Positions 1 through 9,800 of a stretch of DNA of 64,000 bases are shown piece by piece. The position numbers were made by a program, and so were the translations under genes. The first letter of the stretch is position 1, and the number at the start of each line of letters is the position of its first letter. The notes beneath the pieces were generated by a model, which worked only from the letters and a program-made list of their open reading frames with translations, did not search any database and had not been told where the DNA came from. The stretch is taken from NCBI GenBank assembly GCA_963716255.1, contig OY970303.1, forward strand, positions 1,632,001 through 1,696,000, written 5' to 3'. This DNA comes from an uncultured Gemmatimonadales bacterium (GTDB taxonomy: Bacteria; Gemmatimonadota; Gemmatimonadetes; Longimicrobiales; Longimicrobiaceae).

Positions 1-1644
1 GTGGTCTTCGACGGCGACATCGGCGCCGACGCGCTGGCGGAGGGCGTGGGCGCGACGCTCGCCGGCGTCCTGGCGAAGCTGGTGGCGCTGGAGGAGGCCG
101 GCGGCGGAGTGGACGCGACCCTGGCGGCCGGCACCGCGCGCGAAGCCGCGATGCGGCTGGGCGGCGGCGGGCTGGGCGTGGAGGAGTCGGCCGCCGCGCT
201 GGCGGAGCGGCTGGGCGTGCCGCGGCGCCGGGTGTACGCGGCGCTCGCGGAGGCGGAGGCGGCGGGCTTCATCCCGCGGCTCTCCTTCGAGCGCGTCCCC
301 GCCGAAGTCGTGGCCGCGGAGTTCACCTTCGCCGTGGTGGCCCCGCGCCGCGTCCCGGTGGGTCCCGGCGCCACAGCCGCCGGCCTGGCCCGCCTCCTCG
401 GCATCCCCCCCGCCGAGGTGGAGGCCCGGCTCCCCGGCGCCGCGCGCCCCGGCGCGGGGCTCCACACGCCGCTCTCCGAGCGCGAGGGCCGCGCGCTGGT
501 GGAGGCGCTGGGGCGCACGCCGGTGCGGGAGGGCGTGGTGCGGATGCGCGAGTCCATCCCCGTGGCCGAGCTGGCCGGCGCCCTCGGCGTGCGCCCCTCC
601 GAGGCGCTGCGGCAGCTCCGCGTGCTGGACGCCCCCGCCGCCGGCCCCGCCGCCCGGCTGGACGCGGCCACGGCGGCGCGGGTGGCGCGCTGGCGCGCCT
701 TCGCCGTGGACCAGGAGCTGCCCACCCGCCCGGAGCTTCTGGGGATCGAGGAGAACCCGCTGCGCCGCGAGGGCGGCGAGCCCCGCGACTGGAAGAGCGG
801 CGAAAGCTTCCCGGTGCTGCGCCGCGGCTTCGGGCGGGCGATGCTGCGCGTGTCCGTCACCGGGGTGGGCGCCCACACCGTGGGCCCCATGGTGGTGAAC
901 CGCGACGAGGGCCACGGCATTGCCTGGGCGGGCACGGTCCCCGACGGACAGACGCTGGTGTTCGCCGAGGACGGGCACGCGCGGCTGGAGGACGCGGACG
1001 TGACCAGCCGCACCTGGGCGTGGAAGGGCGCCTGCTTCGCCGGGAGCGACGACGACCCGCTGCGCCCCCGCGACTGGGTCTTCGCCGGCCCCGGCGCCCC
1101 GGCCAGGCGCGCCGCCACCTTCGCGGTGGCCACCCCCGCGGGGGCATTCGGCGCCGGCTTCGCCTTCCCTCACGATGGGCACCCCGTTCCCATGCCGGGG
1201 GTGGGGCTGGGGAAGACGCGCTTCGCCTTCTTCACGCAGGAGGCGCACTTCGCCGGCGCCGACCGCACGGTGGAGCCGCCCCGGCCGCTGCCGCCGGTGC
1301 CCCGCACCGAGGTGGGCTTCGCCGACGAGTCGGTGTTCCACCCGGGCGCGGCGGGAGTGCGGCCCGTGGCCGCCCGCGTCGCGCTGTCCTGGCTGGAGCA
1401 CGAGGCGTACGCCGTGCGGGTGCTGGTTCCCGCCCGCTTCCGCGGCCTGTTCGCCGACGGCGACGAAGCGCTGCGCCGGGTGCGCCGCGCGCTGGAGCGC
1501 CACCGCCCCGCCGGGATCGACGTGCGGGTGGAGTACCTGGAGGACCGCTGGATCCTGGGCGGCGGCGCCCTGACGACCGGCGCCGACCCCCTGCTGGACC
1601 TTCGCGGCGGCACCACGGTGTGGCCGCGCCCCGACACCCCCTGA
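1..1644 (+). CDS. Phage tail/baseplate-like protein (probable eCIS component), 5'-truncated by the window edge, with tandem IF2_N-like helical repeats
   Basis: Open from base 1 with GC3-rich codons. C-terminal RVRRALERHRPAGIDVRVEY resembles the 'xxPAH/G' end of P2 gpI-like tail/wedge proteins. First gene of a tightly spaced operon ending in a collagen fibre gene. Confidence 0.55.
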   Translation: MVFDGDIGADALAEGVGATLAGVLAKLVALEEAGGGVDATLAAGTAREAAMRLGGGGLGVEESAAALAERLGVPRRRVYAALAEAEAAGFIPRLSFERVPAEVVAAEFTFAVVAPRRVPVGPGATAAGLARLLGIPPAEVEARLPGAARPGAGLHTPLSEREGRALVEALGRTPVREGVVRMRESIPVAELAGALGVRPSEALRQLRVLDAPAAGPAARLDAATAARVARWRAFAVDQELPTRPELLGIEENPLRREGGEPRDWKSGESFPVLRRGFGRAMLRVSVTGVGAHTVGPMVVNRDEGHGIAWAGTVPDGQTLVFAEDGHARLEDADVTSRTWAWKGACFAGSDDDPLRPRDWVFAGPGAPARRAATFAVATPAGAFGAGFAFPHDGHPVPMPGVGLGKTRFAFFTQEAHFAGADRTVEPPRPLPPVPRTEVGFADESVFHPGAAGVRPVAARVALSWLEHEAYAVRVLVPARFRGLFADGDEALRRVRRALERHRPAGIDVRVEYLEDRWILGGGALTTGADPLLDLRGGTTVWPRPDTP

Positions 1645-1656
1645 ACGGAGACCAAG

Positions 1657-2370
1657 ATGCCGCTCGACTTCGCCCGGACCCACGTCTCCCCGGGAGAGCC
1701 GGTCACCGCCGACGCGTGGAACGCCATGGTGGACGGCCTCTTCGACGCGCAGGCGGTGCTCAAGGCCGCCGGGGCCACCGCGAAGGTGCGCGTCACCGCG
1801 CCGGGGCTCGACCCCGCACGGGTCCGCGTCACCGCCACGCGCGCCGGCGCCCCCCCCGCCGAGGCGATCCGCCCCATCGCCCCCGACACCTTCTTCGTCT
1901 TCCCGCGTCTCCCCGAGGGAGCCTACGTGGTCAAGGCGGAGGCGACGGGCTTCAACACCGCCCAGGGCGCGCTGACCGTGACCGCCGCGGGCGCGGCCAC
2001 GCCCGACCCGCTGGAGCTGGCGCTGACCGCGAGCCGCGAGGTCATGCCGCGCCTCCTGGGCGAGAAGCTCCCGGCCGCGCTGGCCCTGATCCCCAAGGTC
2101 CCGGTGCGGATCGTGGACATCGCCGGCAAGGACCTCCCCCGCACCGGCTTCGACACGGCGTACGCCAACAAGCCCGTGCTGATGCAGTGGCCCCTCCCCG
2201 GCGAGCTCGCCCCCCCGGCGGGCACCGACGCCCACCTGGTGGTCGCCGCCGCGGTGTCCTCGCAGACGGTGGTCGTGCCGGACGTTTCCAACATGACACT
2301 TTCCGAGGCCACCGCCGAGCTGCAGCGGCTGGGGCTCCAGATCAAGGTCGTGGACGCAAACACCTTCTGA
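1657..2370 (+). CDS. Carboxypeptidase-regulatory-like plus PASTA domain protein (eCIS-associated type)
   Basis: GGAG RBS upstream. N-terminal 'PGEPVTADAWN' motif. 'FPRLPEGAYVVKAEATGF' beta-sandwich signature. PASTA-like segments MPRLLGEKL...QWPLPG and VVPDVSNMTLSEATAELQRLGL. Confidence 0.7.
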   Translation: MPLDFARTHVSPGEPVTADAWNAMVDGLFDAQAVLKAAGATAKVRVTAPGLDPARVRVTATRAGAPPAEAIRPIAPDTFFVFPRLPEGAYVVKAEATGFNTAQGALTVTAAGAATPDPLELALTASREVMPRLLGEKLPAALALIPKVPVRIVDIAGKDLPRTGFDTAYANKPVLMQWPLPGELAPPAGTDAHLVVAAAVSSQTVVVPDVSNMTLSEATAELQRLGLQIKVVDANTF

Positions 2371-2381
2371 GCGAGGAATCC

Positions 2382-2813
2382 ATGTCCAGCAGACAGCCCC
2401 AGTTCATGGCGGCGAGCGCCCAGTTCACGCCCGAGCAGCTCGGCCGGATCCGTGCCCAGGCCGCCATCCTCCCCCGGCCGCGCCTGGTCGTCACCGACCA
2501 GATCCCGCCGGCCGGGAGCGTCGTCCCCAGGGGCACCGTGGTGCAGGTGGTGCTCACCGACGTCAACAACGTGACGCTGGACGTCCTCCAGCCGGACATC
2601 CCCGAAGGGCTCAAGGGCGTCCGGGTCGCCGACGCCGCGCGCGTGGTGGAAATGAACCCCGCCCTCAAGGCGGCCGTGGCTTCCAACGTCACGATCGACC
2701 CCGTCATGGTGGCCCAGCAGCTCAACACCAGCGGCACCGGCGTGTTCAAGTCGCAAATCCAGGCGGCCGAGGCCGTCAAGACGATCAACCACTTCCGCAC
2801 CCTCATCCGCTAG
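2382..2813 (+). CDS. Hypothetical protein with C-terminal half of a PASTA domain
   Basis: GAGGA RBS at 2373-2377, ATG 2382, in frame with ORF 1020..2813. Contains VVTDQIPPAGSVVPRGTVVQVVLT. Confidence 0.7.
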   Translation: MSSRQPQFMAASAQFTPEQLGRIRAQAAILPRPRLVVTDQIPPAGSVVPRGTVVQVVLTDVNNVTLDVLQPDIPEGLKGVRVADAARVVEMNPALKAAVASNVTIDPVMVAQQLNTSGTGVFKSQIQAAEAVKTINHFRTLIR

Positions 2814-2825
2814 CCGGAGACCACC

Positions 2826-4595
2826 GTGGCAGAGCAGCAGATCCAGGGGGTCGCAAAGGCCGGCGCCGCCGTGCAGCAGATAGCCGGCGTGCAGGACCTG
2901 GCTATCATGCAGCCCCTCTACCACTGGAGCTACGAGTTCATCATCGGCTGGGGGAACCAGGTCGCCGCCGACGGCATCGCCTCCCGCTCGCTCGATGTCC
3001 CGCTCCACCACAACGCCCTGGTGCGGCGCTTCGACGTGAAGGTGAGCGCCGCCCGCGCGGAGGCCGTGCTTCTGGGCAACGCGGCGCAGGTCCGCGAGCA
3101 GTCCACGGACAACGACCGCATCACCGTGGTGGCCGATTTCGGGACGCTGGTCACGGTCGCCTCGGTGGGGGTGCTGAACGCGGGCGGGATCCACCTGATC
3201 GCCGGGTCCGGGATCCTCATCCAGAAGATCAAGTCGTGGACGGGAATCGCCTTCTCCGACAAGTGGCTGTTCGTCGCCCCGCCCACCACCGGCCCCGTGG
3301 GCAGCGCGGTGGCGACCTTCGGCGAGGTGCGCACCGAACGGCTGCTCATCGAGGTGAGCGGCACCGAGAGCCTCGCCGAGGTGCTGGAGAACCTGTGGGT
3401 GGAGCTCCCCGATCCGCCCTCGGACCTGTCCATCCGCATCGGCGACGGTCCCCCGGTGTGGTCCTCGCCCGGCCCGGTGCGCCCCGGCCAGGGAAAGTGG
3501 AACGACGGCGAGCAGACGGTGGAGCTGGGGCCCGCGCTGGCCGCCCTGACCGGCGACCCGGACGACGACTCCCCGGCCACCTTCACGCTGACGCTGACCT
3601 CGCGCACCCCGGGGCGGCTGGGGCTGGAGGTGGTGCCCGCGGGGCGCGACGTGAGGTACCTGGCGCGCGTCCGCCCCGGCGGGACCGACTCGGCCGACCT
3701 GGCGTTCGAGCTGGAGGGGATGCAGCGGGTGCCGCTCCCCCTCCCCGCCTGGACCACCGGGGTGGAGCGCGTGGAGCTCGCCGCGGTCGCCACGCTCGGC
3801 CCGGAGCGGGCCATCCCCCCGGTGGGGCCGGCGGTCGCGACCGCGCTCGGCGCCGGCGGCCCCGCGGCGGCCACCGGCGTGGCGGACCTGGTGCTGGACC
3901 CCGACCGCTCGGCGTGCGCCCGCCTCCCGGCGGTGGCCGGGCTGGCGGAGCTGGTCGCGCTGCGGCTCCCGCTCCGCGCCGGCCCCGCCGGCGCGGAGGT
4001 GAGGGTGGTGCTCCTCGCGGCAAAGGCGGACGGCGAGCCCGGCGAGCCGCTGGACGGCGCCGTGAGCGCCCCGGTGACGCTGGACCCGCCGCCCGCCACC
4101 GCCCCGGCGGGCGGCGCCGCGGACGCATGGAGCACCTTCGTGCTCCCCGCGCCGGTCGCGCTGGAGGGGCCGGCCCCCTGGGCCGCCCTGCAGGTGGCGC
4201 GCGGACAGGCGGCGTGGCCGCTGGGGCTGGCGGCGGCCTCTCCCATCCGGCGCGGTCCCCCCACGGGCCCCTGGACCGAGCTGCCGCGCGTGGTGCGCGA
4301 CGCCCCCGGCGTGGGCGGGCGGCTGCGCGTGGTGGGGCACGCCGCCAAGGAAACGCCGCTGGCCCCCCTGGTGGTGCAGGTGGAAGGCAGCGCCGCCCGG
4401 CCCGTTCCCGACCCGCGCGCGGTGCGGGTCACCCCCACGCCCAGGGGCGCGGGGGTGGAGTGGAGCGCGAGCCCGGCCATCACCCCGAAGTCCGCCGCGG
4501 GCGCGAAGTCCGTGGACCTGCTGGTCACCAGCCACCTCCCCGGCACGGTGACGCTGCGCGACGTGATCGTGACGGCGACGCGCCAGGGCGGGTGA
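2826..4595 (+). CDS. Hypothetical beta-rich protein (589 aa) in the tail-like operon
   Basis: GGAGA RBS before GTG, 12 bp after the previous stop. Normal codon bias; no recognised catalytic motif. Confidence 0.7.
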   Translation: MAEQQIQGVAKAGAAVQQIAGVQDLAIMQPLYHWSYEFIIGWGNQVAADGIASRSLDVPLHHNALVRRFDVKVSAARAEAVLLGNAAQVREQSTDNDRITVVADFGTLVTVASVGVLNAGGIHLIAGSGILIQKIKSWTGIAFSDKWLFVAPPTTGPVGSAVATFGEVRTERLLIEVSGTESLAEVLENLWVELPDPPSDLSIRIGDGPPVWSSPGPVRPGQGKWNDGEQTVELGPALAALTGDPDDDSPATFTLTLTSRTPGRLGLEVVPAGRDVRYLARVRPGGTDSADLAFELEGMQRVPLPLPAWTTGVERVELAAVATLGPERAIPPVGPAVATALGAGGPAAATGVADLVLDPDRSACARLPAVAGLAELVALRLPLRAGPAGAEVRVVLLAAKADGEPGEPLDGAVSAPVTLDPPPATAPAGGAADAWSTFVLPAPVALEGPAPWAALQVARGQAAWPLGLAAASPIRRGPPTGPWTELPRVVRDAPGVGGRLRVVGHAAKETPLAPLVVQVEGSAARPVPDPRAVRVTPTPRGAGVEWSASPAITPKSAAGAKSVDLLVTSHLPGTVTLRDVIVTATRQGG

Positions 4596-4628
4596 CAACC
4601 GGGTGAATCTGGTCGAACGAGAGGGTTT

Positions 4629-4835
4629 GGGCGTGCCCCCGGCTGGCGCCGGGGTCGGGCTTCGGCTCCGTAAGCCCGCAAACGACGCGGGCTAACGGAG
4701 TCGAGCCCCGCAAACTGCGCGGGTCTCGCCCCTTCGGGCCGAAATCCCTCACGCGGGGGTAGAGCTGGCGTCGGCGAGGGTGGGCCCCCTCACCCCCCGG
4801 CCCCCTCTCCCCCGCAAGCGGGGGAAAGGGGGAGA
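4629..4835 (+). repeat. Composite intergenic repeat copy 1 (structured module A 4629-4755 plus GC hairpin module B)
   Basis: GGGCGTGCCCCCGG...GGGTCGGGCT...ATCCCTCACGCG followed by CCCCCTCACCCCCCGGCCCCCTCTCCCCCGCAAGCGGGGGAAAGGGGG. Eight further copies occur in the window. Confidence 0.9.
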
Positions 4836-4933
4836 ACCGCACGGCATCCCTGCTTTCGGCGTCCTGCCGACGCCCGGGGGTGCCTGATGTACACGGAATC
4901 CGTACGAGTCCCTTTTCAACCGAGGAGCCGACG

Positions 4934-6382
4934 ATGGCGACACAGGACGCGCGCACCGTTTTCGTGGATGGCCTGCGCGTTACGGCCGACCACCTCCAGC
5001 ACCTCCAGGACCGCCTGCGCGAGAGCGTCACGGACCTGCGCCGCGTGGTGGGGACGGGGAGCATCGCGTGGGGGCTGGTGGCGTCCGCGGACGGCGACCG
5101 GGTGCGCGTGGAGCCGGGACTCGCCTTTTCCCCCGGCGGGCTGCGCCTGTCGCTGGACTCCGCCGTGGCGCTGGACGTCCCCGCGGACAAGGGGAGCTGG
5201 CGCCTGGTGCTGCGCGCCACCAACGCCGACGTGGAGTCGCTGCGCGTGGGAAGCCGCCCCACCCTGGTGACGCTGCAGACCAAGGCCGTGCTCGTCCCCG
5301 CCGACAACGAGAAGGCGCCGGGGCAGGACGCGCTCGCCGTCGCCACGGTGACGCGCAGGGGCCGGGCGGTGGAGGTGGAGCAGGACGAGAAGCTGTTCGT
5401 CCCCGCCGGGCGCCACTCCCACAGCGGCAAGCACTACCAGGACGCCGAGGGGCGCTGGCTCTACGACGGCGCGAAGCTCCAGGCGGGCGGGGCGGCGGCC
5501 GGCGCCAAGGGCGACCCCGGCCCCGCGGGGCCCCAGGGCCAGCCCGGCCCCAAGGGAGACGCGGGCCCGAAGGGCGACAAGGGGGACCGGGGAGACCCGG
5601 GGCCGCAGGGGCCCGCCGGGCCTCCGGGCACCGCCGGAGCGGGAGGGACCGGTACCGGGACGGCCGGACCCGCCGGACCCCAGGGACCCGCCGGGCCCAA
5701 GGGAGACATCGGGGCGGCCGGGCCCGCCGGGGCCAGGGGAGACACGGGGGCGAAGGGCGACGCCGGGCCTGCCGGACCCGCGGGGCCCAAGGGAGACACC
5801 GGACCGGCCGGGCAGGCGGGTCCGGCCGGCCCCCAGGGGCCGCAGGGGCCCGCCGGCCCCGCGGGGACGGGAAGCGCGGCGGACACCACCTGGCCGCACG
5901 TCACCGGCGTCTCCTGGCCGCACGACGGCAAGCTCACCGCGGCGAACGCGGCGGAGCGGCTCAGGGCCATCACCTTCCAGCTCTCGGCGCCGCTCCACCC
6001 GGACCTGGTCGCCTCGGTGCCGGACGTGGTCCAGGTGTGGGTGGAAAGCTCGAACGCGCAGGCCATCCTCCCGGTGCTGAGCCTCGCCGGAGCGCTGAAG
6101 CTGGACGGACAGACCATCAACTGGACCACCTCGCACGCGGCGGACGTGCTCACCAAGTCGCTCCCGGTGGGCGCGCGGGTGCTGGTGCGGCTGCACTGCG
6201 GCGTGCTCTTCGACGCCAAGAAGCGGCCCTTCTCCTCCACCGCGGCCGGGCTCAACGGCATCCCCGTCCCCACCTTCCCGGGAGGTGTGCTGGAAAGCTG
6301 GTTCTCCATCGCCGCCATCCGGATCGACCCGAACATCCTCACCCGCGCCGACCGGACGATCAACCCGTTCATCGTCCGCTGA
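4934..6382 (+). CDS. Collagen triple-helix repeat protein, probable tail fibre
   Basis: GAGGAG RBS, ATG 4934. N-terminus ([16 protein letters not shown]...GSIAWGL...[13 protein letters not shown]) resembles tail-fibre attachment domains. Long Gly-X-Y tract at about 5500-5870. Confidence 0.75.
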   Translation: MATQDARTVFVDGLRVTADHLQHLQDRLRESVTDLRRVVGTGSIAWGLVASADGDRVRVEPGLAFSPGGLRLSLDSAVALDVPADKGSWRLVLRATNADVESLRVGSRPTLVTLQTKAVLVPADNEKAPGQDALAVATVTRRGRAVEVEQDEKLFVPAGRHSHSGKHYQDAEGRWLYDGAKLQAGGAAAGAKGDPGPAGPQGQPGPKGDAGPKGDKGDRGDPGPQGPAGPPGTAGAGGTGTGTAGPAGPQGPAGPKGDIGAAGPAGARGDTGAKGDAGPAGPAGPKGDTGPAGQAGPAGPQGPQGPAGPAGTGSAADTTWPHVTGVSWPHDGKLTAANAAERLRAITFQLSAPLHPDLVASVPDVVQVWVESSNAQAILPVLSLAGALKLDGQTINWTTSHAADVLTKSLPVGARVLVRLHCGVLFDAKKRPFSSTAAGLNGIPVPTFPGGVLESWFSIAAIRIDPNILTRADRTINPFIVR

Positions 6383-6404
6383 CCCATTCCGCAACCGAAT
6401 CGCC

Positions 6405-6608
6405 ATGCATACGCTGCTCCGCTCCGTTCCGCCGAAGAGTCTCCTGTTCCAGGCCGCGCCCTCCGGCGTGGCCGCGCTGGTGATCGCCGAGCTCTTCTAC
6501 AAGTGGCACAGCTTCACGCTGGAGTGCATGGGCTTCCTCGCCACCTGGTACGCCGTCGACCTGGCGCTCGGGGGCGCGCGGCGGCTCGCGGAGCGGGCGC
6601 GCACGTAG
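6405..6608 (+). CDS. Small membrane protein (67 aa)
   Basis: ATG 6405 shortly after the fibre gene. Two short hydrophobic segments around [22 protein letters not shown]. Confidence 0.6.
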   Translation: MHTLLRSVPPKSLLFQAAPSGVAALVIAELFYKWHSFTLECMGFLATWYAVDLALGGARRLAERART

Positions 6609-6829
6609 CCTGGGGCCGGCTCGCCCCAGCTGTGGCGGGCGTGTCCCCATCTCCGTGCAGACCGCCGCCGCGCGCCGCACGCGGCGGCGGAAAAACAACA
6701 GGGCACACGGTCGTTCCCGGGCCGCCCCGGCGGGGTGGCGCCGGGGTACACGCTTTGCCCTGAACCGAAGGTCGGCGTGCCTCCGGCGCCTCCGGGACCC
6801 ACCGCACCAACCTCACCCGAGAGGGGGCC

Positions 6830-9800
6830 ATGCCCAGCGCAGACCTCACGGCCGCGATCCAGGCGGAGATCCGCGGAAACGTCAGCGGCCAGGTGGCCGT
6901 GGGCACCCACATCCTGCAGATCGGCTCCGTCCACGGCGGCGTGGTCAACGTGGCGGTCCCCGAGCAGCGCCCGGTGCCCCGGCCGCGCGCCGCGCCCGTC
7001 CTCCTCCGCCCGCGTCCCTTCCCCGGCTTCCTGGGACGCGGAGACGAGGTGGAGTCCGCCGTGGCGGCGCTCCGCTCCGCGCGCCCCGTGCAGCTGTCCG
7101 GCCCCCCCGGCGCCGGGAAGACCTCCCTCCTCCGCCACCTGGCCCACCACGCCGTCACCGCGGACTTCCCGGGCGGCGTCGCCTTCCTGTCCGCGCTGCG
7201 GCAGGGCACGGACGACCTCCTCCAGTCGCTCTTCGAGGCGCTCTTCCAGACCGACGCCCCGCTGAAGCCCACCCGCACCGAGCTGAGCCTCCTCCTGCAG
7301 GGGTGGCAGGCGCTGGTGGTGCTGGACGACGTGGAGCTGCCGCGCGAGGAGGTCGAGCGCATCCAGAACACGGCGCCCGGGTGCACCTTCCTGTGGTCGG
7401 CCCCCGAGCGGCAGGGATGGGGCGAGGTGCGCTCCCTCCCGCTGGAAGGGCTCTCCGCGGAGGAGGCCCGCGCCCTCCTGGAGCGCGAGCTGGAGCGCCC
7501 GCTGGACGCCGCCGAGCAGGCGGAGCTCGACGCGCTCCGCGAAGCGACCGGCGGCTACCCGCTTCCCCTGCTCCAGTCGGCGGCGCGCGTGCGCGAGGAC
7601 GGGGTGTCGCTGCACGACGTGGTGGAGCGCCTGCGCGGGGCCGCCGCGCCCGCCGCGGCCGGAACCGATGCCGTGGCGGAGCTCCCGGGGCCGCGCCGCG
7701 AGCTGGTGGTGCTGCTGGCCGCGCTCGGCGGCGCCCTGGTGCTGCCGGAGCACGCGGCCGCCGTCGCGGGCGTGCCCGGGGCCGCGGAGGAGCTGGAAGA
7801 GCTGGAGCGGCGCGGCCTGGTGCAGCGCCAGGGCGAGCGCTTCCGCGTGCTGGAGCCGCTCGCGGGCGCCGTGCGGGCGAAGTGGGACGGCGCGCCCTCG
7901 CGCGAGCGGGCGCTGGCCTACTTCACCGCGTGGGCCGAGCAGCAGTGGAACGCCCCAGCCGAGATCCTGGAAGAGAGCGACGTCCTCCTGCTCCTGCTGG
8001 AGGAGGCGGTGAAGGCGGGCGCGTGGCCGGAGGTGCTGCGCCTGGGGCGGCGGGTGGAGGGCGCCCTCGCCCTCGCCGGGCGGTGGGACGCCTGGAAGCG
8101 GGTGGTGGAGTGGCTCCGCCAGGCCTCCGAAAAGGCCGGCGACCGGCGCGGGGTGGCGTGGGCGCTCCACCAGCTGGGCACGCTGGCGCTCTGCGCGGGC
8201 GACACGGCGACCGCGCAGGCCGCGCTGACGCAGGCGCTGCGGGAGCGCGAGTCGCTGGGCGACCGCGAGGCCGCGCGCGTCACCCGCCACAACCTGGACC
8301 TCCTCGCCCCCCCGGTCCCGGAGCGGCCCGATCGGGAGGCCGGCCGGGTGCGGGAGGCGGTGCGCCGCTCGCGGAAACCGCTCGTGGCCGCGGCCGTCGT
8401 GGCGGCGCTGGGCGTGGGGGGCGTCGTATCCGTGCTGAGCCGCGAGCCCGACCCGCCCACGCCGCCGCCGCGGCGGCAGCAACAGCAGCAGGAACAGCAG
8501 CAACAGCAGCAGACGACGACGCTGCCGCGGGTGGACCTGGACCCGTCGGTGCTGGCGTTCGGCGAGCAGCCGGTGGGAAGCTCCAGCCAGCCCATCGTGG
8601 TGCGCCTCATCAACCGCGGCCGCGACGGGCTCCCCATCGGCGGGGTGGCGGTGAGCGGGAGCGACTTCCGCATCGCCGACGACGGCTGCACCGGGGCCGC
8701 GGCGCTGGAGCCGGGCGGGGAGTGCAGCCTGAGCGTCCTGTTCACCCCGGCGTCCTCCGGGCGCAGGGACGCCCGCATCGCGGTGGTCGACGCCGCGGGG
8801 AGGACCGTCAGCGACGTCCCCGTCACCGGGAGCGGAGCCCCCGCCGCGGTGGATCCGGGCCCGCCGCCCGACTCGACCGTGGAGCCGTCCGACCCCGATC
8901 CGCCGCCGCCGCCGCCGCCTCCGCGGCTCCGGTCCGACCGCCGCTCGCTGGCCTTCGGGTCGCAGCGGGTGGGCGGGGCCGGCGCCGAGCGCCGGGTGCG
9001 GGTGTCCAACGCGGGCGGGAGGCCGGCGCGGGTCACCGGCGTTCGCCTGGAGGGCGGCGGGAGCTTCCAGCTGGCGGGGAGCGGCTGCCAGGGTGCCGTG
9101 CTGGACCCCGGCGAGGGGTGCTCGGTGACCGTCCGCTTCGCCCCGGCGTCCCCGGGTCCGCGCACGGGCACGCTGGTGCTGGAGCACGCGGCGGAGGGCG
9201 GACGGGTGCGGGTGGCGCTGAGCGGCGCAGGGGAGGAGGCGCCCCGGCCGCGGAGCGTGGCCACGGCGGTGCTCACGCCGCGCGAGGGCGTGGACTTCGG
9301 CAGCCGCGAGGTGGGCGCGCCTCCCCTGGAGCGGCGGGTGACGGTGAACAGCCGGGGAAGCGCCCCGCTGGCGGTGGGGGAGGTGGAGGTGCGGGGCGCC
9401 GCCGCCCGGGACTTCACCGCCGCCGCGTCGTGCGCCGGCGAGGTCGCGCCGGCGGGAACGTGCTCCGTCACGGTGCGCTTCGCGCCCTCCGCCGCGGGGC
9501 GGCGGGCCGCCGAGCTGCTGGTGCGCAGCAACGACCCCGCCGGGCCGCAGCGCGTGCCGCTGGCCGGGGTGGGGACCCCGCCGCGGATCGTGGTCGAGGA
9601 GGCCCGTGCCGATGCCAGGCTGAGCGCCGAGCGGCTCGACTTCGGGGAGCGCCCCGTGGGGCCGGTCACCAGCGTCGGCGGTCTGGTGGACGCCCTCGCC
9701 GGCGGCGGACGCATCCTGACCATCCGGAGCACCGGGGGGGCGCCGCTGCGGGTGAGCGCGGTAAGGTTCGAGGGGGCGAACGCGGGCGACTTCAGCGTGG

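Noticed and set aside
1..715. Calling the first ORF translation initiation factor IF-2 (infB)
   Set aside because: Only N-terminal-like repeats are present. There is no GTPase domain and no nusA/rbfA context.
4749..4943. Short ORFs and N-terminal extensions with recurring peptides ([32 protein letters not shown])
   Set aside because: These are translations of the intergenic repeat, not a protein family. Starts of the adjacent genes were trimmed accordingly.
1..6608. Intact prophage
   Set aside because: No capsid, portal, terminase, integrase or replication genes are in view, and codon usage matches the host.
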